This document shows positions 26,801-39,462 of a stretch of 64,000 bases of DNA, in pieces. Position numbers and translations under genes: made by a program. Position 1 is the stretch's first letter; each line of letters opens with the position of its first letter. Below the pieces are notes generated by a model. That model was not told the origin of the DNA. It saw only the letters and a program-made list of their open reading frames with translations, and searched no databases. The stretch is from Balanoglossus misakiensis (taxonomy: Eukaryota; Animalia; Hemichordata), in assembly GCA_040954595.2 (NCBI GenBank), contig CM082595.2, forward strand, positions 186,001 to 250,000. The letters run 5' to 3'.

Positions 26801-27661
26801 TTTGAAGATGTTTCCAATGAGAGTTTTGAAATGGCTTGTGTGGGGAGACCCCATAACTGCATTAAGCACTAAACGCACACTTTTCCCCATCATGTTTTCA
26901 GACGAAGAGAACTGCAGCCTGGCTTTCAGAGCAGATGTCCAGAGAAGGCCACGCGGTCGCACTGCTGACAGGAGAGTTGGACGTCTCTCAGCGTGTCTCC
27001 GTACTCAACAGATTTCGAGATGGCACAGAAAAACTCCTCATTACGACAAACGTCACGGCTCGAGGTAGGGGAGTTGGCTATTATGCTATCTGGTTACACT
27101 AGTATGCCACAGGTTGGGTAGTGATAAATTGGGTATTACATTACTTTCAAATATATTCATAACTAAAATGTAAACTAACCTTTTTAACAGGTATTGATGT
27201 GGAATCGGTTACTGTTGTGGTGAACTTTGACATCCCAGTTGATATGAACGGCCATGCTGATTGCGAGACATATCTGCACAGAATAGGCAGAACTGGAAGG
27301 TTTGGAAAGTCAGGAATTGCTATCAACATGGTGGATGGGCCACGATCGATGACAATGCTGAAACGAATAGAAGAACATTTTGGTGAGTGACTCTCCTGTG
27401 ATTGCACTGACCCTTTAATTGTTTCTTCTCAGTGTATATGGCTAGGGGAACAAAATTTGATTATAAACATGTCTTGTTGATTAGCTGGGTCTCAAAGAAC
27501 AGTGGGAACAATGTTGATAGTACGTTTATACACAGGAAAGTCGCATGTGCAGTAAGATGACATACCTCTAACAAACTGTATTCTCTGTCTCAACAGGGAG
27601 AAGAATAGACCGTCTCCATGCTGATGATGTCGACGAGATCGAGAAGATAGCTGAAAATTAA
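23886..27661 (+). CDS. DDX19: ATP-dependent DEAD-box RNA helicase DDX19/DDX25 (DBP5), mRNA export; about 525 aa, 11 coding exons
   Basis: Exons 23886-23951, 24482-24704, 24920-25058, 25184-25276, 25465-25567, 25702-25816, 26069-26246, 26500-26740, 26902-27064, 27191-27382, 27597-27661; all GT-AG and in phase (1578 nt). Motifs: [70 protein letters not shown]. Confidence 0.95.
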
Positions 27662-29371
27662 ATCCAAAAACAATCACTTACAAGGACAAGATTTTTAAAT
27701 CAAATTATTTATGTTACTTTTGTTGTATCACTGTCATCATGGCTCTTGGAAACTTTGTAAATCAGAAAATAAATGGTGAACATTGTGAGACACTCACAGT
27801 GGCTTAAAGTACAAGTGTCTTAGGGCAAGACGTTGGATTGTGTAGGATCAAATGTTTTTTTAGTGTAAAACATTTATGGGTGCCAGAATGATATCGTTTC
27901 CTAAAATATGAAATTTTAAAAGTATTTTTGTGACATTTACTATTTCTGTTGCGCTGCCAACGTGTTGAAGAAGGGATCACAAGCTGTTGTCCTTCACATC
28001 AAATTCAACCTTTTTAAATAGTAAAGGTGAATGGATCCAGTACATGTAGTACGGTATGTGTTTATGGGCAAATTGAGTTTATATTTCAATGGAAAGGAAA
28101 TGTGCACAGTCAGACTTGTGTGTTTTCCACATAAATAGGACATGCCTGAATCAAGTTCAGGTAATCTTACCTGTCGATCATCTTGTCTGTCTAAACTTGA
28201 AACTGATAGCATCATTTGGCTGTGGAGTCATTCTGTAGAGCTAGTAGATCCTTAGCAGCAGTATTCAAAATGTGTTGTCTTGTGATAAGGACAAGTTGAC
28301 ACCACCCATCTTCAAAAGAAAGATATTTCACTTATAAGTTGTAAACAAAAGTAAGTTTTCCAAGTTGTAAATTCAGAGGAAGTAAAAAAAGAATAAAAAG
28401 GTTTATCAGTTGTTTGTACTTGTAGTTATTGTCTGATCAGTTATTTCAGTCTTTTTTGCCATGGAAGTTGCATTCACAATACATTGACAGATGTTTTAAC
28501 AAGTGAACTCAATACATGGCCACAATAGTAGAAATGTTCACAGAAGCATGCACCAGATCAGCTGCTGTAAATAATTAAGACCACAAAGTTTTGTGTTTCG
28601 TCATATATTTATTTCCTTTTAGAAAATATGGAAAGTAAAGAATAAATTGACAGGTGTGGTTAAATAGACAGTTCAAAACTTTTCGAGTAAATGTTAAAAT
28701 TGCAGGTATCAGAGAGAACTTGCACAAACACAAATGTCAAATCATGGAATGTTTACGCGGTAGAAATGGTGTTTTTACGATATGGACACTGATTCACACA
28801 GCAATCAAAACCAATGCATTCATCCATACTTGATGAAAATCCTGAAACGCATGGCACTATTTTCATCAGAAGTTTCTGTTGTCATAGTGGTTAAGTCGTA
28901 CTCACAATAAACATATTAACTGTTAAAAGACTAGCTAATGTGAAAACCAATTGGTTGGAAATGTGGCAAAGTTTACTACATACACATCAGAAATGCACAT
29001 AGTTTGCATCTGTATAAAAAGAAAACGTTTGCAGTATTGTACTCATATAGAATGAAATACACTTCAGGTCTGAAAACTGTCAAGTACTGTAATTAAAATT
29101 GGACGGAAACAGTGCAGATTTTCAGCGTCTTATACTATAGACATGACAGATCTTAGCGATATACCGGTAAGTTCACAGGGAAACATCAAGTCAGTTCTGA
29201 TCCAAAATCTCTTGTTCCTTTGCAAATGCAAATCTTCCAGAGTTTTCCTGAAGTGTCGACTACCACGGACAAACTTCTCAATATGTGCAACAGATGCTCT
29301 TGGTAACAAATGTACCAACTTCTTACAACAGATCATAATCTTCAACCCAGGGTGATCAATTCCAAATCCAT

Positions 29372-30780
29372 CTATTCATCTTTTTCCTCAAGGTAAATGA
29401 CTGTTTTATCTGAAAGTTTGGTTTCCTGAATAGATTTGCTGAGATCTGTAAATATTTTCCTGGGTACATCGTTCACAAACATTTCACATTCAAGGAGGGA
29501 CTGTTCACTCTCAGAGTCTGCATATGCCAGAATTTCCTTCAGTGTGTTCGCGGGACGGAAGAACCTCTGTAACCTCTCGCCTTCAGGTAATCGTATTGCA
29601 AGCAAAATTCTGTCCTCGTTTTCCGTTGGTTCGTCTGGAACAGAAATGTTTAATTGGACCCTGGCCATTCTTTGCTGCTGTTTTTGGCGGAGATCTCTCC
29701 GGGTTACTTTCTTTATTGGCACAGTTTGTGGCTGATCCGGAACACTTTGATTGTTGTCTTCTCCAATCATGCTGGGAACATGCTCTGGCTTTTCCATATC
29801 TGCATGAGAAGCCGTTCTCTTGTGGCTGTGTGGGTTCTCTGAAATGTTTTCTGATTGCAGCCGTTCGTTGTGATAATCGCGCAGTGTTGTGTCCTCAAAG
29901 CTCGGTATGTGAATCTCCTGAATACCTATCATTTCCGAATGACTGTCCATTTCAGTCTCATGAATATTCATATTGGCTGTGCTCTCGGTGAGGTCTCCCA
30001 CGACATCACTCGGTACGGGAGTGGTTCTCGCAATGCCTGGCAAGGGTTTGTATTTGGAAAATGATGAACTTGGCCGTGAAGACAGCTCAGAAAATATTGT
30101 GCTTTCTGAATCTGTAATATTCCATGATTGGAGATCATCCTGGTATCCAGGTGACTCAGTCCTTGGTCTTCCTTTTGCAGATTTTGGTCTTGATCGTGGT
30201 CTGTTTTTAAGTGTATATTCTGGACTAACAGGGGGTGTTTTTCCTGGGGGCAGGTCTACAGATCTAGAAGACCCTATCCTTGACCTTGGCCGAGCCTTGG
30301 GATCTAAAACAAAGAATACATATACATGGCTGCAAAAGACTTGGTTGGACCTGGTGTACTCATGGTATCACTATCAGACAAAATTGCTGTGGAGGTTCCT
30401 CTTCACTTGACACGGTTTCCAATTCCAATGACCTGATGTGTCAAATGGATCCCCAGTTCCAACGTGTAAAGGTGATCTTTAAGCACCACCATCCAAGAAT
30501 TCGGTCGTTCTGACTCTCAGAAAGCAGTGGCTGACAGGTGTTGTAACTAATATAAGTGTATTTGTAAACAAACTTTCAGAACAGTCCCGCACTGAAGGGA
30601 ATGTCGGCCGTGCATTAATATGGAAACCTAGCTTGAAAGTTTCTCAGTCTTACCTGAGCCATATCGTGAATTCATGACATCTAACTGACTCGAATCTATG
30701 CCTCCCCCGACCACTGGACTCGGCCCGTAACTGTGTCTACGGGAAGGTTGATTCCGTGACACAGGCCGAACGTCCGCCAT
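29372..30780 (-). CDS. UBXN10: UBX domain-containing protein 10-like (p97/VCP adaptor, ciliary), about 352 aa
   Basis: Exons 30780-30654 (MADVRPVSRNQ..., donor CAG|gtaag) and 30303-29372, phase 1. Contains RPKSAKGRPR and SSFSKYKPLPGI (UBXN10-type N-terminal motifs) and a C-terminal UBX domain (ILLAIRLPEGERLQRFFRP...VPRKIF). Confidence 0.85.
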
Positions 30781-31131
30781 TTTTAACAAGTTTAAGTATG
30801 TCTCGCGAAGTCTCGTTTGGTGTTCTGCAAAAGGTCATAGCGAGATTTCAAAAAGTTGCTATGATACCATACAATACCGTGTCCCCTACACTATTAAAAC
30901 ATATTCAGATGCTTTCAAAATAAATTATTAGAAAGTATTCTTGCGTATTTAATTTTTGAAAGTTGGCGTGCTATATTTTGTTCATGACTCACTTTTTTCC
31001 GGTGTCAAGTTTCTCTTCCGGGTTCGTTGCCGCGCATAAGAAACACACACACACGATACGAACATACAGAAGAGCTGCAGTGTGAGAAGTTGTGCGGATA
31101 AACGTGTTTTCCATTTGTTTAAACTATCACA
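30781..31131. promoter_or_regulatory. Bidirectional promoter UBXN10 / ELP5
   Basis: The two ATGs are about 350 bp apart, head to head. It contains an X-box-like GTTGCTATGATAC (30855-30867), ETS-like TTCCGG (30997, 31016), a TCTCGCGA motif (30801), and a YY1-like AAAATGGCG overlapping the UBXN10 ATG. Confidence 0.65.
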
Positions 31132-34100
31132 ATGCTTGAAGATATTCTACACGGTCGTGAGTCGTCTCGATCTGTTGTTATTTTAGGTGAGTGTTTGCCG
31201 GATTCTTGAAAAATTCGTCTTGAAAGCGTTTTCTTCCTTACATGTGGGAGAGCGGAGAGCATCGGTCCTGTACATGCTGGTTGCGTATTACACTTCCAGT
31301 TTTGTTGGCGCATAACAAAGGAATGAATGAAACGCTTACAGTGAAAGTGGTATCGCCAGGGCAAACATACTGCCTGTGCTTTCCACAATCCAAACACGCA
31401 AGAAACTTTCAGACTGTGGTGCCATCAAGGCACAAAAAAATTCCCTTCGAGATTCGAAACATGTTCATTTCTTCCATCACTTCCCGTAGAAAACCCTGGC
31501 GAATGAAATAGACACCGCAGGTTTTCTGACCTTCAAGGGACCGAGTTTTTAAACAATGGGTGCCGGTTAAGCCGCTTTTGACTAAAATGCTGAAAGATAA
31601 AATCCGTGGGAATTTTCTTCCAACGCATGCGGTTTCAATATTTTTTTTGTCGAGACATGGATGATTTATTAGGGAAACGTGAGCTCACATTTTCGACAAG
31701 ACAGTGTTGTCAAATTCCAACTCGGAACCAAAACAATATTACTTGTAAACAATAACCGAAGTTGTGAGCTCTTTCTGTAACAATGCGCACATCATCACAA
31801 TGAAAGTGTTGGATGATCGGTGAATAAAAATGCATCGACACTTGCCACAAAATTTCCAGATACATGGTGAGTCTTTGAGTTTTACACGAGTACCACTGTC
31901 AGCCAGTTTCGGAAAAAGACCTTGACATAAATCTACATGAATACTCAATAACCTTTAATCTTGTTTATAATACTCCAAACTTTTGCTTGGGAGCTTTTCT
32001 TTTTAAATTTTTATGTAACTCTGCATATCCATCACTTCCCACTCCATTCATCATGAGGTGAATTTTTTTGTTATTTCCATGTTGTTCCTTCATTGCAAAC
32101 ACGTTTGATGTTACGGTTGGGTGACCTTTGATTCACAGTATCCTTGGCGACCAGTGACATGACATCATTATCTAATGACTGTCCATGATAACATGCAATT
32201 CTGTTTCCTGTTGAGCAGAAAACTAGAATTTGTGCTCAGGGTTCATTGACATGGTTATGGCTCTTAATACCATTTAGTCAAGGCTGAGATGACACTATCT
32301 TGCTGAAGGTTACAGATGTTTTAACTAGGGCTTTCAACTAGGGCTTTCATGTTTTCTGAGAGCCTTTGTGTGCGGGTGGATTGTAATCCACTTCTGCACT
32401 ACCCCATGAAATGATGAGTAAAAATTAAATCAGCATTTTGTATTTGCAAAAATGAATAGTGGAAAGACAGCCACATTAATGTTTATGCAGTGAAATTTAA
32501 CATGAAACATTTTATAGATGTGAATACGATTTCTGTTTGAAACGTTAGAGCCAGTGATTCGAAACTCTGAATTCCAGAGGGCTTTTAAATTGGCAGGGGT
32601 TATTGTGCATAGATTTCTCTGGTTCCCCACTGGTGATATCTGATACTAACATAAGAGTTCTGACATGCTAAATGTTTAACAATCCATCGTCTCATGTGAT
32701 AGTTTCATTATCATTTGAAAAGATATGAGGAACCACCCACACAACCAAAATAGCCAAACTGTAGCCTTATAACCTTTTTTTCCAATTTTGCTCCATAGAT
32801 AGTCTCAAACATTTTGGTCGGACACTGCTCAAAAGTTTCACAAAAAGTCTTACTGCAAGGTAAGTGAGTTAAGGTTGTACTTCATATTTACATGTATGTC
32901 TATTGTGCTTTTGTTATTTGAAATTGATACCATGATTTAAAGTTGCATTGCATTACAAACCGATTTTAATTGTCTCGTTTTGTTTGTATGTGTTTTCAGA
33001 GTTGATGAAGTACATATTTTTCACTTCGATACTGCTCCAGAAGTCTTCCTGACCGGTTTTGATGATCAAACCAAGAAAAAACTTCACAGCCACGATGGTT
33101 GGTCAGATCCTTTGATGTGGAGGTACTAGTATAAGGATAGTTCTTGTTCTACTCTGGAACGCTTTATGAAATGTTCAGTCTTCAGCTTCTCAATAATATA
33201 TATTTATAATGGCCATTGTTATTGTTTCCAAATGAATTCAAGTCCAAACAAATCAAATTCGGCTAATTACATTAACTAAATCACATCCACTAATTGAACC
33301 AAAATTTAATTACTGAATCGCCACAAAACTAATTTCGTTTCAGTGCAATTTCATATATTGTCTTTATACAAGAAGAGCCTAATTGCAGGAATTGAAGATG
33401 TTTGTTTTTTGCAGCACCCCTGGTATTTGAGGTTGTCATACACTGTGCATTTAATTTGTGAACACAAATGATAATTGATATATTCTTTGTTTTTTCCCTT
33501 CCAGGAGCCAAAGTAAACCACCTGGTTCAAATGGCAAACTCTTCCTAACAGAACCGTTAGATCTTCTTGCATACATCAGAGAACACAGACAATCAAATAG
33601 TCGCAGAATAGCCATTATTATCGACTCACTCACGCCAGTACTCGTACACAAGTGTGTCTCGTTCGTTGTCCAAGCTTTACATCAACTGTGCAATGGTGTT
33701 GAAGGTATGCTTCAGAAACTGCTTACAGTTTATAAATAGCAGGTTGATGACAATTATACTTTTGTGAGTTAAAACATTAAACCATGTCGCCCACCCCTAA
33801 ATCTCTTTGGAAAGGTCTATTATTGTCATTCGGCACAACAGAGTTGGACCAAACTATGGCAGCAAAAGGGTTACTTAATTTTTATCTCTCCACACAGATT
33901 TTGAAATAGTTCAGTCAGTGTGTCTAATCCACCATGATGTCCACGACGAGCACGTCATAGACATGGTATCACACGTCACATCCAGCACATTATCACTCAC
34001 AGCAAACGCGTCCATCGCCTCATTCTACGATGAGCCATACGGCTTCTGCAAAACAGTACACAGAAAAGGCAATGGGAAAGTCATAACAGGGGTGAGACTT

Positions 34101-35144
34101 TTTTTTTGAGAGTTTTTCCTGCACCATGGCCGCTTCAGTTGTAGTTTCTATTAGAGTTAGAGTTCCTTCCTGTATTTATCTAAATCAGTAATGTTGATTG
34201 CATAATAACAGACTACATAAAAATCTTGTTGTCATGGAGACCACCAAACCTCATCAATGCTAATTGACCAGGCATGATATTCTTCCTGCTCATCAGATTT
34301 TCAATAACAGTCACCATGGCAACTACAGAGTGCTCTGCTTGCCATTAGTGAATGGTTATTGACACACAGGCATTCTCTGACGCATGAAAGTTTTTGTTGT
34401 GTGCTGATATGGGGCCATCTCTAAATTATCAAATTACCCACAGGACTTAAATATTGTTTGTTAAAAGATAAACATACATGCAGATCTTTACCTTGTCTCC
34501 CTCAACTTGCACATCTCTGACCTTTTGACATTTTTTGCAGTATGAAGGCTACAGTATTGTGGAAGATCTGAGGTTACTGACGTTTGCACCTTCAAAGTTG
34601 TCAAAAAGCAGTCCCTTCAATACCACAGTTGCTGTAAGTCATGCTAAGCGCTATCATCAAAATTTTTGATCAGAAGGATTGGGTGCATTGTTGACATTGA
34701 AAACCCTCAGAAACATTTAAACAACTTGCTTGATTTTCTGTGGTCTGATTATACTTGCCATGCCAAGGTGACATAATTGTTATTTCTTCCATCAGTTTCA
34801 GCCTGACCCAACAGCGAACCTGACCTTTAACCTCAATCTCACCGATGCAGAAAGACGAGCCAAGAGTAACATGGTGCTGCCGTACACTATCAGCCATGAC
34901 AGGTAACATTCCTGTTTGATATCAGTGAAAACTGAATAGTGTAACTGCATGACTTGGTTGACATATGTACACCCCTCTGAGCCCTCTCATCTATAAATGT
35001 CATCTCGCATCAGCTGATTCTTTCTATTTCAACAGGAGAATGGCCGATACAGTGGGAATGGTAGGAACAGGACAGATCTTCTATCAACCTGATGAAGCTG
35101 ACGATTTTGACGATGAAGATCCAGATGATGACTTAGATGTGTAG
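31132..35144 (+). CDS. ELP5: Elongator complex protein 5, about 311 aa, 8 coding exons
   Basis: Exons 31132-31186, 32799-32859, 33000-33122, 33505-33704, 33898-34091, 34541-34633, 34802(or 34796)-34902, 35036-35144; in phase. Motifs: DSLKHFGRTLLKSF, HDGWSDPLMW, IIIDSL, LIHHDVH, DPTANLTFNLNLTDAERRAKSNMVLPY, and the acidic C-terminus IFYQPDEADDFDDEDPDDDLDV. Confidence 0.92.
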
Positions 35145-35367
35145 AGGACTCCAGCTGCAGTCATGTTCTGTGTTTAGTTTGCTGTTTGCTGTTCCTGTTC
35201 CGTACGATGTCATGCTCACATCAGCGAGAAAGCAATCATGTGTGCACTCGCAGTCTGCTATGATGTGTACGCATGTGTTTAAATTAGGGTTTACCCGAGT
35301 GTCCCACCATCACTTTGACCTTGACGTACATAATGGTGGTAGCAATAAATGAGGTGTTGTTTCGTAA

Positions 35368-35395
35368 TGTGTGTGTGTGTGTGTGTGTATGTGTA
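35368..35395. repeat. (TG)n microsatellite downstream of the ELP5 stop
   Basis: tgtgtgtgtgtgtgtgtgtgtatgtgta. Confidence 0.9.
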
Positions 35396-36395
35396 TGGGC
35401 TTGTGGGTACCTTAAAGTGTCAGTGTTAAAACAATGTCACATGTATGTGAATACTGGAATATGTCTGGCCTTGAACAGACTGGCAAGAATCACAGCAAGA
35501 AAATTGTCTAACCTTCTGCCACACTCTTTGAAGTGCAAATCTCTGCCAACTCAATAACCAAGAGGTCAATTTCAAACTGCCAAAACAATATTTGTAAAAC
35601 TCTCATATGACTGCCTTGTAAATTCTGATTTCAATCAAAACTAAAACTGCCATTATTGTAGAAATTAATTTAATGCAACAATTCTATGTAAACCCTATGA
35701 ATTTAGCTGACAACTGCCTTTTTATATCAAAATGGCCTTAACTTGCAATTCCTGTGAAACGGGGAAAATATTCAGGATTTCGGTAGAGTACATTTTTTAA
35801 TAGTAAAAAAATCATGATTCAAAGACCAAGACATTTTTTGTAACCGTTGTCCATTTCTTTTCACTCACAGTTTCAAAAAGTATATTTTTTCTGTCATGCA
35901 GTATGCAAATTGTAACCTGTATCGTTTTTGTTATTCAAGTGAACTATGCAGTAAAAAATGTTTGTATATGATGTCATTTGTTTACCACAATAAAGCATTA
36001 GAAAATTAAAAGTGTCATAATTGGTCACTTTCTGTGGGGCGTGTGTCTGTGTGTCCCTCCCAAGATTGGTAACTAAAGCCTGTCACCCTCATTTCCCAGT
36101 ATAAAGGTCCAACACTTCCACTGAGAACAAACCATGGGGTTCAAGGTGTGTTGCATTTTCACCCCTTCTGCCCTATTCAGTAGTCCAAAAGGCAATGATT
36201 GACAGGTGAACACAGGCTCAGTCTCTACTCCTAGCATTCTGTTGGAATAATTGTCTCATTGTCTCCACCAGTGGAGGTCAAAAGTTATCTTTGATATTGT
36301 GATCAGGCTTACATAGAGCTGCATGACATCACAGGAGGGCACACACCTTTTGTCTGTGATGTAGCGGCAAATGCTGACGTCCAACATGGCTTTTA

Positions 36396-38647
36396 TCACT
36401 TGGATGAATCGGCATGCTTCTGTTTCTCATTTTCATAGGCCTGCAGTGCCAGTTCCAAGGCCGGTCCATTCTCTGCATCCATTTGAATAAATGTCTGCAT
36501 AAAAAGAAGATATCCTGGTTGTTAGAAACCTACCCTGGTTGACCCGCACTTCCTTGAAGTGGTGGAATATTATGCTTGACTTTAACGTCTTACAATTTAT
36601 GTCAAACTTTGCTAAAGTAAAGGTAACTCCAGTAAAAGTCTCTTAAAATTGAAAAAGAAAATGCGAGAGACAGGTGACATTTCTATTATTGGATGAGTTA
36701 CCTTGACAACACTGATGCCCTTGAGGTCAAAGTTCTTGACCTCCCTGGCTGATGAACACTGTGGGTGCATCATATGATACAGGGTCACCAGGTCAATGGC
36801 ATCTTCAATTCTGAAAATAATCACAGTCATATGGTTAATATGAATAAAACTAGGTTGTGGTTGCTGAACACTGGGAATGTTTATAGCTGTATTTGAAGAA
36901 CTATTAAATGTCAATACCCCTTTCATGAATACTTACAAATCTCTCTGTAACATGTCTTTGAGAAGTCCATCTATTCTTTTTTGCTTTGTGAAGTAATACG
37001 CCATGCCACCAAAATGCCTTGTTGATCTCAGATAATCGAACTTGTTCCCCTTCTCAATATTTTCATAAGTTCTCTGGTGGACCTAACATAAACAAAACGA
37101 CAAGAAGGATCAAAACAATGGTAGAGTTAAAAAGTCACAACACCATATAATAAATTATAGGGCTTTACATTCAGTGCCACATTGGTGACATTTTGTTTGC
37201 ATTTCATTCCAACACACACAGACACTATGTGTATGTCCCAAAACTATGAAATAATCACTTACCCTGATAAAGTTTGGGTCATCAGGTTCAAACTGTACGC
37301 AGCAATGATCAAGTAGATTCTCGTATCTACCCTGAGAAAAAACAACCTGAAAAAGATGAATTTTAAAAAGTCAAAAAATGATAGAATTTAGTTCTCACAA
37401 AGGATCATGAAATAAATAATTAACTGGTATTGGCAAATAGCTTTTTTCAACTTACATCTAAATTTTCATCTTCAAATACTGCTGGCATTTCTAGTTTTCT
37501 TCCTTCCCTCGGAAAATAAACCTGGAGCATCCTCGCCCGTTCATTCCAGTTGGCTTTCCGCAGTACTCCACTGGGTTCCCGGACAACTATGAAACGTTCC
37601 TGATTAAAAGAACACCACACAAGCTATCAGCCATACCCTAGTATTTCATTTTGCTTGAGTGGCTCGGACAGCGGGAAACTCCAGCAAAAAGAATACAAAA
37701 ATACTGAAAAATAGTTCTGTTTTGAAGGCAGTCTTACCCTATCATGAACTCCATATGATATATCCGTGAAGACTATATTGGATGAATTTAAACCTGCTAA
37801 TTCAGAGTCATCGGAAAGTACAGTATCAATTTCTTTCCTTCCTTCCAACACCGGTGGCATCTGAAGTTTCTTCTCTGCTTTCTTCTTGGCTTCTTCAAGG
37901 AGCTGCATCACACAGACAGATACATGTATATGGTTATACATCATCCTGACTGTTAGACAATTTTAATGAATTAAAGAACATGCCACTTTCAACCATAAAC
38001 AAGCTTAGATAAATTGCAAGTATTGACCGGTACCAGTTTAATTCTTCAAGACAACCTCACCTCATGAAGTTTTTCTTCGCTCACTAACTTATACTGAGGT
38101 GGCTTGAGTTTCTGTTTGGCCGGTTTAAAGACTTTCTCAAAGTCCATTCCTGTCATCCGTTTCAGAATTGACTGCACCGCTTCATCGGAGAATCCTGGGG
38201 CATCTAGAGAGCAACATAACAAGCTAGGGTATAATATTAAATCAGATCTGGTCACTAACAATACCATCACCAACTAAGTACCCGGTGTCCAACGAGATAC
38301 AGACTGGTCAAAACGACATGCCAGATTTCTCCTGGTAAGTGCCGCTGATGATCGACACAGGGTCAACCCTCATTAACCATAGATATACAATTGGAGAGTG
38401 TCAAGTTGAGTCCAGGCAAATTTTGCATGGGACATACTGGCTGCAGTTCAGTAGCTCGAGGCTTTGCCTTGGTTTGTGTACATCGAGCTACTGAACTTCA
38501 ACTAGGTACATATATACTGTCATTACCGTCAGATGCATTCGTACTACACAGCGCCCGGTTCAACTGGACTCTTCTACAGCAAGTCTTTGAGAAATAAAAG
38601 GATAAACTGGCACTTCGTAAGCACGTTCTCGCACTGATCGCCGCCAT
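36396..38647 (-). CDS. MRPS22: Mitochondrial ribosomal protein S22 (mS22), about 336 aa, 8 coding exons
   Basis: Exons 38647-38527, 38203-38061, 37902-37738, 37599-37456, 37346-37263, 37082-36937, 36810-36702, 36494-36396; in phase (1011 nt). Arg/Ser-rich transit peptide. Motifs: [59 protein letters not shown]. Confidence 0.95.
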
Positions 38648-39462
38648 TTTGTGTTTGGTGGTTAATTAAGACCCTACTCCAGTGTTCTGCGTCTCACGAC
38701 CTTTGACCGGTCACACTCACCCAGGTGTATAATGATGAATTCTGACGCAGTTTTATCTCGAAAGAGTGCTTTTACAACGAAGTATGACTAACCACCTCGT
38801 AGGGTGTCGAAATAATTTACAATGTCATAATAAACGCATTTTGAATGGAGTTACCCGCATATCATTCTTGTCTGCCCGTTTTTGGAAAGTTGGGTCAACT
38901 TGAAAGCTCTTGAAGTTGTGTTGAAGATTGGAAGTTGTCATGTAAAACACCTATTTACAGTGGCTCGCGTTTATTCCTGTGTTCTGTATGCATTCGCTAG
39001 TGACAATGACTTTGGTAGTGGTGCATCACAAGGAGCAAAAAAAGTTAGTTGGCGAAAAACGTGCCCGCGAATGTCGCTGTCGTGAGAGGGCGTGCGTAAT
39101 TCCAGAAGCGAACAGGTTCTTGACAACGGATATAAGCGTCTTAGCAACCAGGTGGATTTAGTGCCTACGCTGCAAAATATAGTACCAAGGAATCGTTTCA
39201 AAGGTCAGTATTATGAATACTTTACGTCAAAATATTGAGTAGGTGTAGGAAGGTACATTTTTGTAAAAAAAACAAGAATGAAGGTGGTTTTGTTAATAAG
39301 AAAAAACTGCAATAGTTGTGCGCGGATGAATCTGAAATTGACAAGACAGTAATTCGTCTATGTCCAAATAACAACGAGCAAAGTACACACATAGTAAAGG
39401 CTCCAAGGAACGATTTCATGTTATCGGTAGACTAAGTTTGATCGGATTTCTCTTCGAAAAAG
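38648..39462. promoter_or_regulatory. Bidirectional promoter MRPS22 / CFAP107
   Basis: The two ATGs are about 815 bp apart, head to head. It contains an X-box-like CGTCTTAGCAAC (39137-39148) and a YY1-like AAAATGGCGGCG at the MRPS22 start. Confidence 0.6.

Noticed and set aside
29436-30513. Plus-strand ORFs overlapping UBXN10, and similar antisense ORFs over the GPCR and neurexin exons
   Set aside because: Antisense shadows of real coding exons.
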